Source: Nitrososphaeraceae archaeon
GTDB taxonomy: Archaea; Thermoproteota; Nitrososphaeria; Nitrososphaerales; Nitrososphaeraceae
Length of the DNA: 64,000 nt
Reading direction: 5' to 3'
NCBI GenBank assembly: GCA_035250975.1
Contig: DATFEP010000004.1
Location: forward strand, 31,227-95,226
In this document: piece after piece, positions 29,119 through 38,523 of the stretch
How the letters are laid out: the number at the start of each line of letters is the position of its first letter
Numbering within the stretch: the first letter of the stretch is position 1
The notes under the pieces: generated by a model
Told to the model about the DNA's origin: nothing
Databases searched by the model: none
What the model saw: only the letters and a program-made list of their open reading frames with translations
Position numbers and translations under genes: made by a program

Positions 29119-30267
29119 ATGCATATTTCTGAAATTTTTTACATGAGGTATTATCTGTCATATTCCTTAATGTTGGTTGTTATTATGGTTTCGATAATAG
29201 GATTAGGCAATATTGGCTCGGCTATACCACCAGTCGTAGCACAATCTAATGAGAACGGAAATCCCGTTTATCCTTACCCTGTTCTTCACAAGATTGAGAT
29301 GTCTGTGCAGAAAATTGAGAAACCGGGTGATGATTTGTTTGGTTACCAGCTTGATAAACATGAAATTTTCGATCCAAAAAGTGGTGAATTGTTGAATGAT
29401 ATTACAGATCGATATACAAAGGGACCTACCATCCCTGGACCAACATTAATGTTTGAAGAAGGTGATTCTGTTGAATTAACTTTTACTAATCCTGGTAAGT
29501 CAATGAATGGAATATGTAACACTAATCCATCTCCAGAGAATACAGGTGCTCCAGGTAGGGTAAGTATTCACGTCCATGGGATTCATTATTCTATAGCAAG
29601 TGATGGGACTTTAGGAATTCTTAATGGCTTAAGAGACGAAGGTGTTTGCCCCGGAGAATCAATAAAATATCATTACACCGCTGGTCCCGGAACAGCTGGT
29701 ACATGGCCTTATCATGATCATGCGCTTGGTCTGAATCCTTCCGGAATTTATATTGATGGTTCAGAAACATTAGGATTGTTTGGTAATCTTGTAATTGAGA
29801 GTCATACTGGAAAAACAGTGGCCTTGGTTAACGGAATACCAACTAAGGTGAACGTAGCCGATATTGCTAAGGACGTCTTCTGTTATGTTACAGATGATGC
29901 TTTTTGGTGTGACGAAATAGATTACATCAATAACGCTATTCGCACAGCATTATGGGAAAATCCAACTATCGGTGCTAAGGATGGTGACTTGATAAGATTC
30001 CATTTATACGGAATGGGTACCGATTTTCATATCTTTTCATTAACAGGGTATGAATGGCTTGAACCTGGAACAGCGCAGATAATCAAAGATAAAAAATTCG
30101 GGGCTCTCGAAAACCATGTTTTTACTATTCAGGCCAAAAATGGTATTGCTGAATATAGGGACACAATAACATCGCATCTTTTATCTGGAATGAAAGGATC
30201 ATTTATGGTAGATAGTGTTGGAAAAAGTGTTCCTGGAAAATCACCATTGGAGGGAGTTGTAAATTAA
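29119..30267 (+). CDS. Secreted two-domain multicopper oxidase-like protein A (domain 1 ligands intact, domain 2 degenerate)
   Basis: Signal peptide; IPGPTL..EEGD; SIHVHG; WPYHDH; domain 2 reads FHIFSLTG and YRDTITSHLLSGM. Confidence 0.9.
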   Translation: MHISEIFYMRYYLSYSLMLVVIMVSIIGLGNIGSAIPPVVAQSNENGNPVYPYPVLHKIEMSVQKIEKPGDDLFGYQLDKHEIFDPKSGELLNDITDRYTKGPTIPGPTLMFEEGDSVELTFTNPGKSMNGICNTNPSPENTGAPGRVSIHVHGIHYSIASDGTLGILNGLRDEGVCPGESIKYHYTAGPGTAGTWPYHDHALGLNPSGIYIDGSETLGLFGNLVIESHTGKTVALVNGIPTKVNVADIAKDVFCYVTDDAFWCDEIDYINNAIRTALWENPTIGAKDGDLIRFHLYGMGTDFHIFSLTGYEWLEPGTAQIIKDKKFGALENHVFTIQAKNGIAEYRDTITSHLLSGMKGSFMVDSVGKSVPGKSPLEGVVN

Positions 30268-30269
30268 AG

Positions 30270-33200
30270 ATGAACAAATTAAAAAATAATATCATAATGA
30301 TTTTATTTGCAGTAATATTGCTGTCCTCTACATTAACAATTGGGACACAAAATAATGTACACAAACCTGAGCTAGTGGATAGAAACGGAAACACTGGTCA
30401 AATAAAAATCGGTGGGACACATCCTATAATACAAATTGCTGAAGCAACTAGCGAAGAAAAGATGAAAAACGAAATGAGAAACAATGTTCCTTACAAGAAC
30501 ACAAACCAAGATTCTGAAATAAACTACTACGCTGATAAAAAATCATTTCAAGATAATAGTCAATCTAATTCTGACCTTGGCATAATTCATGAGGTAACTA
30601 TCGAATCAAAGGAACTACCAAACGGACAATATGGTTATATTATGAAAAAGCATATAGTAAGAGATGAAGACTCAGAGACTGATTTAACATCTAGGTATCC
30701 TAATTTCCCTACTATCCCTGGTCCTACATTAGAAATTCATGAAGGGGATTTGCTGATCCTTACTTCGATAGATCAGAACGGATCCCAAAAAGTACAGCAA
30801 ATAAAAGCAAAATCACCTGGAACTTTTGAATATTATGGTGAGAATTTTAGAACTTTAGGATTGTTTGGTGCTATAATTGTTGATCCATATGATAATGTTC
30901 CTGCACAATTAAACGGCAAAGTCGTATCAGTTGATCTAAGAGATCTTGAGAAACAATATGTTCTGTTCATGGTGGGTTCTACTTTCTGGGGTCAAGAGAT
31001 TGATTCAAAGCATAATCAAAAACCATTATGGACAAATCCTACATTAGGAGCAGATTTGAATCAGTTAGTCAGGTTCCATGTGTTAGGGGCCTTACATCAG
31101 CATACTTTCCATCTACACGCTCACAGATGGCTGGATCCGGGAACCACAAACATTATTGATACAAAATTGATTTTTCCATATCAGAGTCACTCCTTCATAG
31201 TTGAAGCAGGCGACAAAGTAGGAATTGGCAATTGGCAATATCATTGTCATGTATTTGCTCACATGGAAGCTGGAATGATGGGTACGTTTAAGGTAGGGCC
31301 TGTTGGGAGTTTCACCAAAAGTATACCTGGTGCGTCTCCACTCGATGGAGGGCCAACTGAACAAGGGGACTTCATAACATTTTCTATAACAGATGATCCA
31401 GGAAGATACTTTAAGAACGTAGGCGGAGAAATAAAAATAAAAGACGAAAGAGGAGAGCTTGTAGCATTAACAGATACAACAGAATCATTTGGAGTAGTAG
31501 GTAAAGGAGGAACTGTACACTTCATAATGGACGATACAAATGCTGTACATACGATTACTAGTCTTTTATGGCCATCAGAAGCAAACAATATGCCTATGCA
31601 AACTATAAGCAGCCATAATGAAAAAGTAAACTCTAACCAGAAGCTCAACCAGATATCATTACCCCCACATATGCCATTCGATCAAATTACCGCATATTCT
31701 GGAGGTGGCATAGTAAAACTTGAAACGCCTGGATTGTATGTTTTTACTTGCAAAATACATCCCTATATGTTTGCAGGAGTAATAGCAGATGACCCTGAAA
31801 CGACTGGTTTTGACTTAGGTGATGAGCTTGAATTAAGCACGGGAGATAAAGTAGCCTCTAGTAATGACCTCTCATTAGCTTTATTAAGGACATTCTTCAT
31901 TGCGAATAATCCCTCTAACTGGAAGGATTATAGTACAGATATTCCTTCAGATTTGAAGGATTCTAGTGTTGCCAATTCAGAATGGACACCTAAATTTCCT
32001 CATATTCCAGTAAAAACAGACCAAAAGGACGTATTCTATCTTGATGAAGCACTTATGACTTCTATGAAAGAAACGACTATTCTCGGAAATACACAACAAC
32101 AAATTACCGGACTAGACACAATTCAAAATCCATCTATCCCAGGAGTTGGCGAAGTGTGGATAGATACACAATTTGAGGAAACAGCTAACAAGACAAAACC
32201 AGGAACAGCAACCAAGGTGAATGTCGAGAATTGGAAGGTTGAAAGAAAGGTTTCATTGCCTCAAATAAATATGAATCATCCACATAATATGTGGAGTGAC
32301 TCCAATCAAGAAGTGATGTATCAAACTCAATGGTTTGATAATCGGTTGACTGCATTTGACAGAAATACTGGGACATTACTTGATGATATCAAGGTTGGGG
32401 ATGCACCGTCACATGTTATGACAAACCCTACAAATGACCGACTCTATGTTGTGTTAAGCGGTGAACAAGGAGTCGCAGAACTTGATTTTGACAAACAAAA
32501 TAATAAATTCAATATATTGAGAATAATGCCCATGCAAGATTCTGGTCAACTCCCAACACATCCTCACGCACATTGGATTACTCCAAATGGAGAGAAGATG
32601 ATTACTCCAAATCATTTCACGAATGATGTAACTATCTTTGATTTCACCAAAAATCAAGGAAAAGGGGAAATCCAATCCAGAGTAAATACAGGCATGATGC
32701 CCATTGCAACTGGCATGATGCCAGACGGAAAGAAAGCTTACGTCTCTAGCCTGCTTAATAGTACGGTTGATCTTGTAGATATAGAATCAGGTGAGGTGAT
32801 CAAGACTATAAATCTTGCAAAATCAGGTAATTTCTGGCCAATTCAAACCCCAGTTAGTCCAAATGGTCAATACGTAGTTACAGCAAATACATTGTCGGGA
32901 ACAATAGCGGTAATAGATACAGATGCAGATGGCAATGGTGTTTACGATGATCCAGAGTTAGTATTAAACTCAACCTTGCCCTGTGATCCAGGATGTCATG
33001 GGGTTAACTTTGGTGCAAAGAATGGAGTCGACACTAACATAACGAACGATGACGGATACTATGCATATGTTTCTAGCAAATTCTCGAATAGAATGATAGT
33101 CGTAGATGCAGATCCTAACAATGATGGTAATGTAACAGACGCAAAAATCGCTGGTTCCGTATTATTAAGTGGAAATTATTCAAGTACTGGAACGCCAGAA

Positions 33201-33647
33201 TATGAAGTAGATGATGAAATCGTAAAATTTGATGGCATGGGTGGACAAGGGGTATATGCAGTTCCAAATGTATACCCAGGATGGGTCGAAAAATTAGATT
33301 CAACATTTGATAGTCAATTAGCAGATTTGCAGAGAGATCCTATAGGAACATTCAAGGATTTTCATACTCTACCCATTCCGACGTTAACCAATAGCTCAAA
33401 AGATATAGATAGCCCAGAATCATTGCAGTCTCAATATAACGAGGATAAAAAAATCATGTTGAAACAACAAGAAATCATGTTGAAACAACAAGAAATACAG
33501 AAACAAATGATTCAACCGCTGGTAAAAAAAGAACAACAAGAATCATCATCTTCGGCGATGATTAAATCTCATTCCAAGACAGAATCTAGCCTAAACATCC
33601 TTCAACCTAACAACATCTTGGGAATGATACCAATTCCTTATCCATAA
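30270..33647 (+). CDS. Secreted multidomain copper protein B: two-domain MCO (domain 2 intact), cupredoxin, YncE/cd1-like beta-propeller
   Basis: HTFHLHAHRW and YHCHVFAHMEAGM; second T1 site HTITS...CKIHPYM; propeller with NHPHNMW, PSHV, HPHAHW, PGCHG. Confidence 0.9.
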   Translation: MNKLKNNIIMILFAVILLSSTLTIGTQNNVHKPELVDRNGNTGQIKIGGTHPIIQIAEATSEEKMKNEMRNNVPYKNTNQDSEINYYADKKSFQDNSQSNSDLGIIHEVTIESKELPNGQYGYIMKKHIVRDEDSETDLTSRYPNFPTIPGPTLEIHEGDLLILTSIDQNGSQKVQQIKAKSPGTFEYYGENFRTLGLFGAIIVDPYDNVPAQLNGKVVSVDLRDLEKQYVLFMVGSTFWGQEIDSKHNQKPLWTNPTLGADLNQLVRFHVLGALHQHTFHLHAHRWLDPGTTNIIDTKLIFPYQSHSFIVEAGDKVGIGNWQYHCHVFAHMEAGMMGTFKVGPVGSFTKSIPGASPLDGGPTEQGDFITFSITDDPGRYFKNVGGEIKIKDERGELVALTDTTESFGVVGKGGTVHFIMDDTNAVHTITSLLWPSEANNMPMQTISSHNEKVNSNQKLNQISLPPHMPFDQITAYSGGGIVKLETPGLYVFTCKIHPYMFAGVIADDPETTGFDLGDELELSTGDKVASSNDLSLALLRTFFIANNPSNWKDYSTDIPSDLKDSSVANSEWTPKFPHIPVKTDQKDVFYLDEALMTSMKETTILGNTQQQITGLDTIQNPSIPGVGEVWIDTQFEETANKTKPGTATKVNVENWKVERKVSLPQINMNHPHNMWSDSNQEVMYQTQWFDNRLTAFDRNTGTLLDDIKVGDAPSHVMTNPTNDRLYVVLSGEQGVAELDFDKQNNKFNILRIMPMQDSGQLPTHPHAHWITPNGEKMITPNHFTNDVTIFDFTKNQGKGEIQSRVNTGMMPIATGMMPDGKKAYVSSLLNSTVDLVDIESGEVIKTINLAKSGNFWPIQTPVSPNGQYVVTANTLSGTIAVIDTDADGNGVYDDPELVLNSTLPCDPGCHGVNFGAKNGVDTNITNDDGYYAYVSSKFSNRMIVVDADPNNDGNVTDAKIAGSVLLSGNYSSTGTPEYEVDDEIVKFDGMGGQGVYAVPNVYPGWVEKLDSTFDSQLADLQRDPIGTFKDFHTLPIPTLTNSSKDIDSPESLQSQYNEDKKIMLKQQEIMLKQQEIQKQMIQPLVKKEQQESSSSAMIKSHSKTESSLNILQPNNILGMIPIPYP
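33451..33492 (+). repeat. In-frame tandem duplication, 2 x 21 bp (IMLKQQE)
   Basis: aaatcatgttgaaacaacaag repeated exactly. Confidence 0.9.
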
Positions 33648-34373
33648 TTTTTTTATTTTTCATTTAATTTTATAAAATTGGTCGTAAAAAATATTTTCAA
33701 ATGTAAATAGAAAATTGTTTTATTTCTATTTGTTTATAGTTGTGAGCTTTAATGTTGAGTATAACGTAATCAAGAATAAATTTCATTTTAGGAACATTAT
33801 CGATTTCGTCATTTAGTATATCTTGAAACTTGGCTTTTAATTTCTTATTTGGTAGTTCATTTAGAAAAGGATTAATATTAATTTAGTTTGAAAACTCAGA
33901 ATATTATTTCTCATGTTTGAAAATTACTTGGATCGGATTGGAAAAGATGAATATACATTTTTTAATACTATTTTTTTACATAATTTAACATATCACCTCA
34001 CTAAAATTCTAAGGATCTTGCCACTTCAAATAAGGCATTTTTTTTCATTTTAAAAATTTTATCTTATATTTTATGTAGTATAGTAAGTTCCATATTGATT
34101 ATGGTAATAGATTCTTTAAATCTTTAATTAATTTGTATTCATAATTTATACAATCAAGTTCTACAAATTAACGAATATATTCTACTTTCCTTTCTGAAAA
34201 CGGTACAATACTTCTCTGTTTACATAAACTATGAAGATCCTTTGTTTTTTAAATTTTTTCATCCCTATTTTTCTTATCTTCAAATTGTGACTATGATTTC
34301 GACTTGATTTGTTAATATAATATATTCTGAACTTATTTTAAATATAGTGGTGAGACTTTTATATTACGAATAT

Positions 34374-35351
34374 CTACTCTTTGATACCAAATATCTGCAC
34401 TCTCGAATTGCCAGTATCTGATACGAAAATTTTTCCAGATGGATTTAACGCCAAATCTTCCGGTCGTTTGAACTGACCGTCTCCAGTACCTTTAGAACCA
34501 AATTCTGTCATAAAATTACCTTGATTATCAAAGACTTGAACTCTTGTCGATAACTTGTCGACAACGAAAACCAGATCATCTTTTTCAAAGTAGTCAATGC
34601 CAGGGAAAGTAAGAGAAAACTGTCCTGTTCCATTTCCATATGATCCCCATTGTTTAATTAAATTAAGATCCTTGTCTAGTATTTGGACACGAGAATTTCT
34701 CATATCTGTAATATACATATTATCTTTGGAATCAAAAACTATTCCATGAGGTCTAACAAATTCTCCATCACCTGAACCTTCCCTTCCTATTATTTTGATA
34801 AATTTTCCATTTTCATCAAATTTAAGAATTTGGTGACCATTTTTATCAGTTAGATAGACAAAACCTTGTGAATCCACAGTCAATTGATGTGGAGTTCTTT
34901 CTGCCCCCTTACCGCCAGTATTTTCAAATCCCCATTTGAGCAAAAATTTTCCATCAGACGTGAATTTTTGTACTCGATGATTTTTTAGTTCTACTGTGTA
35001 GACATATTTACCAGATGGATCTACTGCCAAGTCATGTAATTTTAGAAATTGACCATCATCTGTACCCATATCTCCCCATTTGAGCAGAAATTTTCCATCA
35101 GACGTGAACTTTTGAACCCTGTTATTGCCAGTATCTGTGACATAAATATTGCCAAATTTATCAATATCAATACTATGAGGTGCGTTGAATTGACCATCCC
35201 CTGATCCTTTTCCTCCGAATTGATCTAAATAATAATAATTGATAAGATAATCTTTACCTTTTTCACTGAAAGCGTCGGTAAACAAAACGATATTACCTAA
35301 GGAAAAGAGTGAAATCCCAAATAATATCTTAATATAGTATTCAATTTTCAT
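34374..35351 (-). CDS. Secreted NHL-repeat six-bladed beta-propeller
   Basis: Repeated G.GDGQF..P..I..D..G.IYV.D..N.RVQKF units after a signal peptide. Confidence 0.92.
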   Translation of the reverse strand: MKIEYYIKILFGISLFSLGNIVLFTDAFSEKGKDYLINYYYLDQFGGKGSGDGQFNAPHSIDIDKFGNIYVTDTGNNRVQKFTSDGKFLLKWGDMGTDDGQFLKLHDLAVDPSGKYVYTVELKNHRVQKFTSDGKFLLKWGFENTGGKGAERTPHQLTVDSQGFVYLTDKNGHQILKFDENGKFIKIIGREGSGDGEFVRPHGIVFDSKDNMYITDMRNSRVQILDKDLNLIKQWGSYGNGTGQFSLTFPGIDYFEKDDLVFVVDKLSTRVQVFDNQGNFMTEFGSKGTGDGQFKRPEDLALNPSGKIFVSDTGNSRVQIFGIKE

Positions 35352-35578
35352 GAAGACAATAAATTTATTTCCAATAATTCTTTATAAATTCATCTGTTGT
35401 TTCCTATGCACGTACTTGACTAATCCTATCAATGACTGAATCCAAAAATATTAAAAGTACTACATTTGACCCTAACTTTTTTACTTACATTTTTTATAAG
35501 AAAATTTATATAACATAATATAGTAGTGAAGTTTAACAACAATCAATACAAATCTTAAAAAGAGCCTAATGCAAATTT

Positions 35579-36796
35579 TTGAGTAGTATGATTTATAGTT
35601 ATAATGTATTGTTAATTACTTTTTTCTCTTTTTTACTATTGCTTTCTACTATCTCTTTAAATTCTTTATCGGCCCAAAATGATGAATATTTTGGCATATT
35701 CCCAGATGATTATTATGATCCTGAAGATTATGGTATAGAACCTTCTGTTCCAAAAGAATTGGATAAAGATAGCTCCAAACAATTAAAATCTCCAATAGAT
35801 ACTCAAGGTATAAACTTTATTGCTGCGGGAGATTGGAAATGTAACAAGGAAACTGAAAAAACCATAACAAACATCCTCAAATTTAAGCCTGAACTAATAG
35901 TAGGATTGGGCGATTACCTTTTTGAAAATACTTCTGCAAATTGCTGGTTTGACTTGTCCAAACCAATAAATGATTTAATGAGAATAGCAATAGGAAATCA
36001 TGATCTTGATTTTGCGGCCTCCTACAAGCAGTTAATCGATCACTATGGTCTTAAAAAACCATATTATTCTTTTAATTTTGGAAATATTCATTTTGTAACA
36101 ATTTCTACGGAACATCCATTTGAAAAAGGTAGTATACAATACGATTTTATAAAAAGTGATCTAGAAAAGACATCAGCAGATCCTAATATTTTATGGAAGA
36201 TAGTATTCCTTCACAAACCATTTTATTCCGCATCTAACTTTGACGAAAATGCCAGCGAAGATTTAAGAAAGACTTTTCAAAAAATGTTTGAAAAAAATGG
36301 TGTAGATATAGTGCTAAATGGTCATACACAATATTACCAGAGATCTCTTCCATTATCTTATAACAAAGATAATCCTCTTTATCCAATTGTTACAAACCAA
36401 GAAAATCATGAATATAAAAACAATAATGGAATAATATTCATTACTGCAGGTACTGCGGGTGATAGCCTTCATACTATTGACTATTATTTGCCTTATGCAG
36501 TGATACAAAAACGTTCTTACGGTTTCCTTAATTTTGATATAAAAGATAATGGTAATACGCTGGTTGGAACATTTTATGACAATAAGAAATTGACCATTTT
36601 GGACAAATTCACATTGTCTAAAAATGAAAATGGCGAAGATTATTCATTCGATGATTTCAATTCAATTAGTCAAGAATATTACTCAACTGCTGAAAACAAA
36701 GGAGGAAATAAAAATCAGCAACCTTCATTGTATTCAAGTATCCACAAGCAAAATCTTCCTTTAGATAATTTTGACAAAATGTCATTCCCGAATTAG
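35579..36796 (+). CDS. Secreted calcineurin-like metallophosphoesterase (purple acid phosphatase-like)
   Basis: AAGDW, GLGDY, GNHD, FLHKP, NGHTQ (last His of GHxH replaced by Gln). Confidence 0.88.
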   Translation: MSSMIYSYNVLLITFFSFLLLLSTISLNSLSAQNDEYFGIFPDDYYDPEDYGIEPSVPKELDKDSSKQLKSPIDTQGINFIAAGDWKCNKETEKTITNILKFKPELIVGLGDYLFENTSANCWFDLSKPINDLMRIAIGNHDLDFAASYKQLIDHYGLKKPYYSFNFGNIHFVTISTEHPFEKGSIQYDFIKSDLEKTSADPNILWKIVFLHKPFYSASNFDENASEDLRKTFQKMFEKNGVDIVLNGHTQYYQRSLPLSYNKDNPLYPIVTNQENHEYKNNNGIIFITAGTAGDSLHTIDYYLPYAVIQKRSYGFLNFDIKDNGNTLVGTFYDNKKLTILDKFTLSKNENGEDYSFDDFNSISQEYYSTAENKGGNKNQQPSLYSSIHKQNLPLDNFDKMSFPN

Positions 36797-37432
36797 TTCG
36801 ATTTCACGAAATTTTTCATTAGAAAATCCGATTTTTTAATACATGATCCATAAATATAGATTTGATATCCATAATCAATTTTTTTTCGAATAAACATAGA
36901 AAGGTATTTTGTATAAGGGTTAGATATGTCATAAAATACATGAGAATACTGTAACAGCAGAATTTCATGTATTATAATTTACTAAATGATTTGCTTGATT
37001 ACGTCGCAACTGGGAAAGCCAATGAGTGGATCAATTATGTTATTAACCCAGTTTTTATCATGTATTAATTTTTTATAAATCGAGTTAAATTTCGGCATAA
37101 TGATTGAATGTGAAGTCCATTGCTAAGTAGTAAGAGTATAGGTATTACTAGTATTGGGTATTATGCTGTCAGTTACTTACAAGATATCTAAATACCTCAA
37201 GTATGAAAACCAAATCGATTATTCTTAACTTAACCTGTTTATATTTGCATATGGATAATTTCTAGATAAAAAATATCCGAAAGTTAGTAACAGTCGTGGA
37301 AATAATTTTACTCATGTCACCTCAAAATATAATAAGATTTTGAATGTATCATGTATATTTTCTATGCAATACAACCTAAATTCAATTTATTCTCAGGAAA
37401 GTTTTATTACCTAAAATACGATTAATAGTTCA

Positions 37433-37648
37433 ATGAATTCTAATGATTCTTCTCATGAATGGGTTCAGATAATTACAGAAATTCTTGACAGGTTGACTGG
37501 CAAAGGAGCTTTAATAGAATATAGCTTCGAAAATCTAACAATAGATCTTCCTAAAGCAACAGGCCTGAATGGAAAAGAGCTGAGTGCTAAATGGACAATC
37601 AATGGCAAAATTACGATTAAAGCTGAGACTCATTCAACTGATAATTAA
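37433..37648 (+). CDS. Hypothetical protein
   Basis: 71-aa ATG ORF preceding a co-oriented ORF. Confidence 0.65.
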   Translation: MNSNDSSHEWVQIITEILDRLTGKGALIEYSFENLTIDLPKATGLNGKELSAKWTINGKITIKAETHSTDN

Positions 37649-37666
37649 TTTTTTAAAGGACATGAA

Positions 37667-37945
37667 ATGCCTCTTCAAAACAATCCGATAGATGCGTTAT
37701 TGTATTGTGGTCACATCATCAAAAAAGGACGTTTGAATATAAAAAGAGATGATGAACAATATTTGGACATAGAATTTATTGATGGTAACATATCCATTAA
37801 TTTACATTCATTAAGTGTTGCGTCTTATGATGAGTCTATGGATAATATTTTTCTAAAATTAAATTTACTAAAAAATCTATTTACATTGTCTCAACACAAA
37901 AAAGTTATTTTCAAGTATAAAGGAAGAGTCATATTCAAGAAATAA
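37667..37945 (+). CDS. Hypothetical protein
   Basis: 92-aa ORF with AAGGA upstream. Confidence 0.55.
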   Translation: MPLQNNPIDALLYCGHIIKKGRLNIKRDDEQYLDIEFIDGNISINLHSLSVASYDESMDNIFLKLNLLKNLFTLSQHKKVIFKYKGRVIFKK

Positions 37946-38450
37946 AAATATTATCTTTTAAAAAATTTGGAACAGAAAGAAAAACTATAGATGTTTCTTT
38001 TGTGCAGTTTTAAATAATTCTTCGACTTTGCTCACATTCATGTTGATTTTATCGAAAAGAGAATCTATTTAGTCTATTGCTTTTTCGCATTAAGGACCAC
38101 CAAATATTATCTTATCATAACTTAGATCTCTTCCATGAGACCTTGTCTAGTTAATTCCAAAGAACTTCAAATATATTCATTATTGTGGATATACCATATA
38201 TCTATCCGCTCCTCTGCTCCTGAATATCACTCATATTATATACTACAATTGATTGATTTAGTAACATTCTCATCTTTTTGAGCATTGCTGTGATAAGGAT
38301 TTAAACTTAAGACATTTCTGAGAATTCCAGTACTAACAAAAAGAGAATATTTTAGAGACAATATTCTTTGTAAATCCCTTAGTATACTAACTAATATTTA
38401 TTTTCATTCGAGTTTTCATAAGAGAAACAATTTTCTTTATAATAAAATTT

Positions 38451-38496
38451 TAATACTAAACAATATTAATACTAAACAATATTAATACTAAACAAT
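38451..38496 (+). repeat. Tandem repeat, about 3 x 16 bp (TAATACTAAACAATAT)
   Basis: Units start at 38451, 38467 and 38483, just upstream of the MDR gene. Confidence 0.85.
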
Positions 38497-38523
38497 TTAT
38501 TAAATTTCTTTAATAATATTTGT

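Noticed and set aside
30255-30280. MCO genes A and B as one frameshifted gene
   Set aside because: B has its own ATG and signal peptide, and A ends at a PGKSPL motif paralleled by PGASPL in B, consistent with two genes.
29119-33647. Calling the copper proteins NirK or NosZ
   Set aside because: The ligand layout matches SLAC-type two-domain MCO (T1 in domain 2, HxH pairs); no NirK domain-1 T1 site and no CuA motif.
38000-38330. Possible decayed gene on the minus strand
   Set aside because: Fragments look protein-like but have multiple stops and no recognisable family.
26924-38496. CRISPR array (from the 96-bp, 21-bp, NHL and 16-bp repeats)
   Set aside because: All are tandem or coding repeats without unique spacers, and there are no cas genes.
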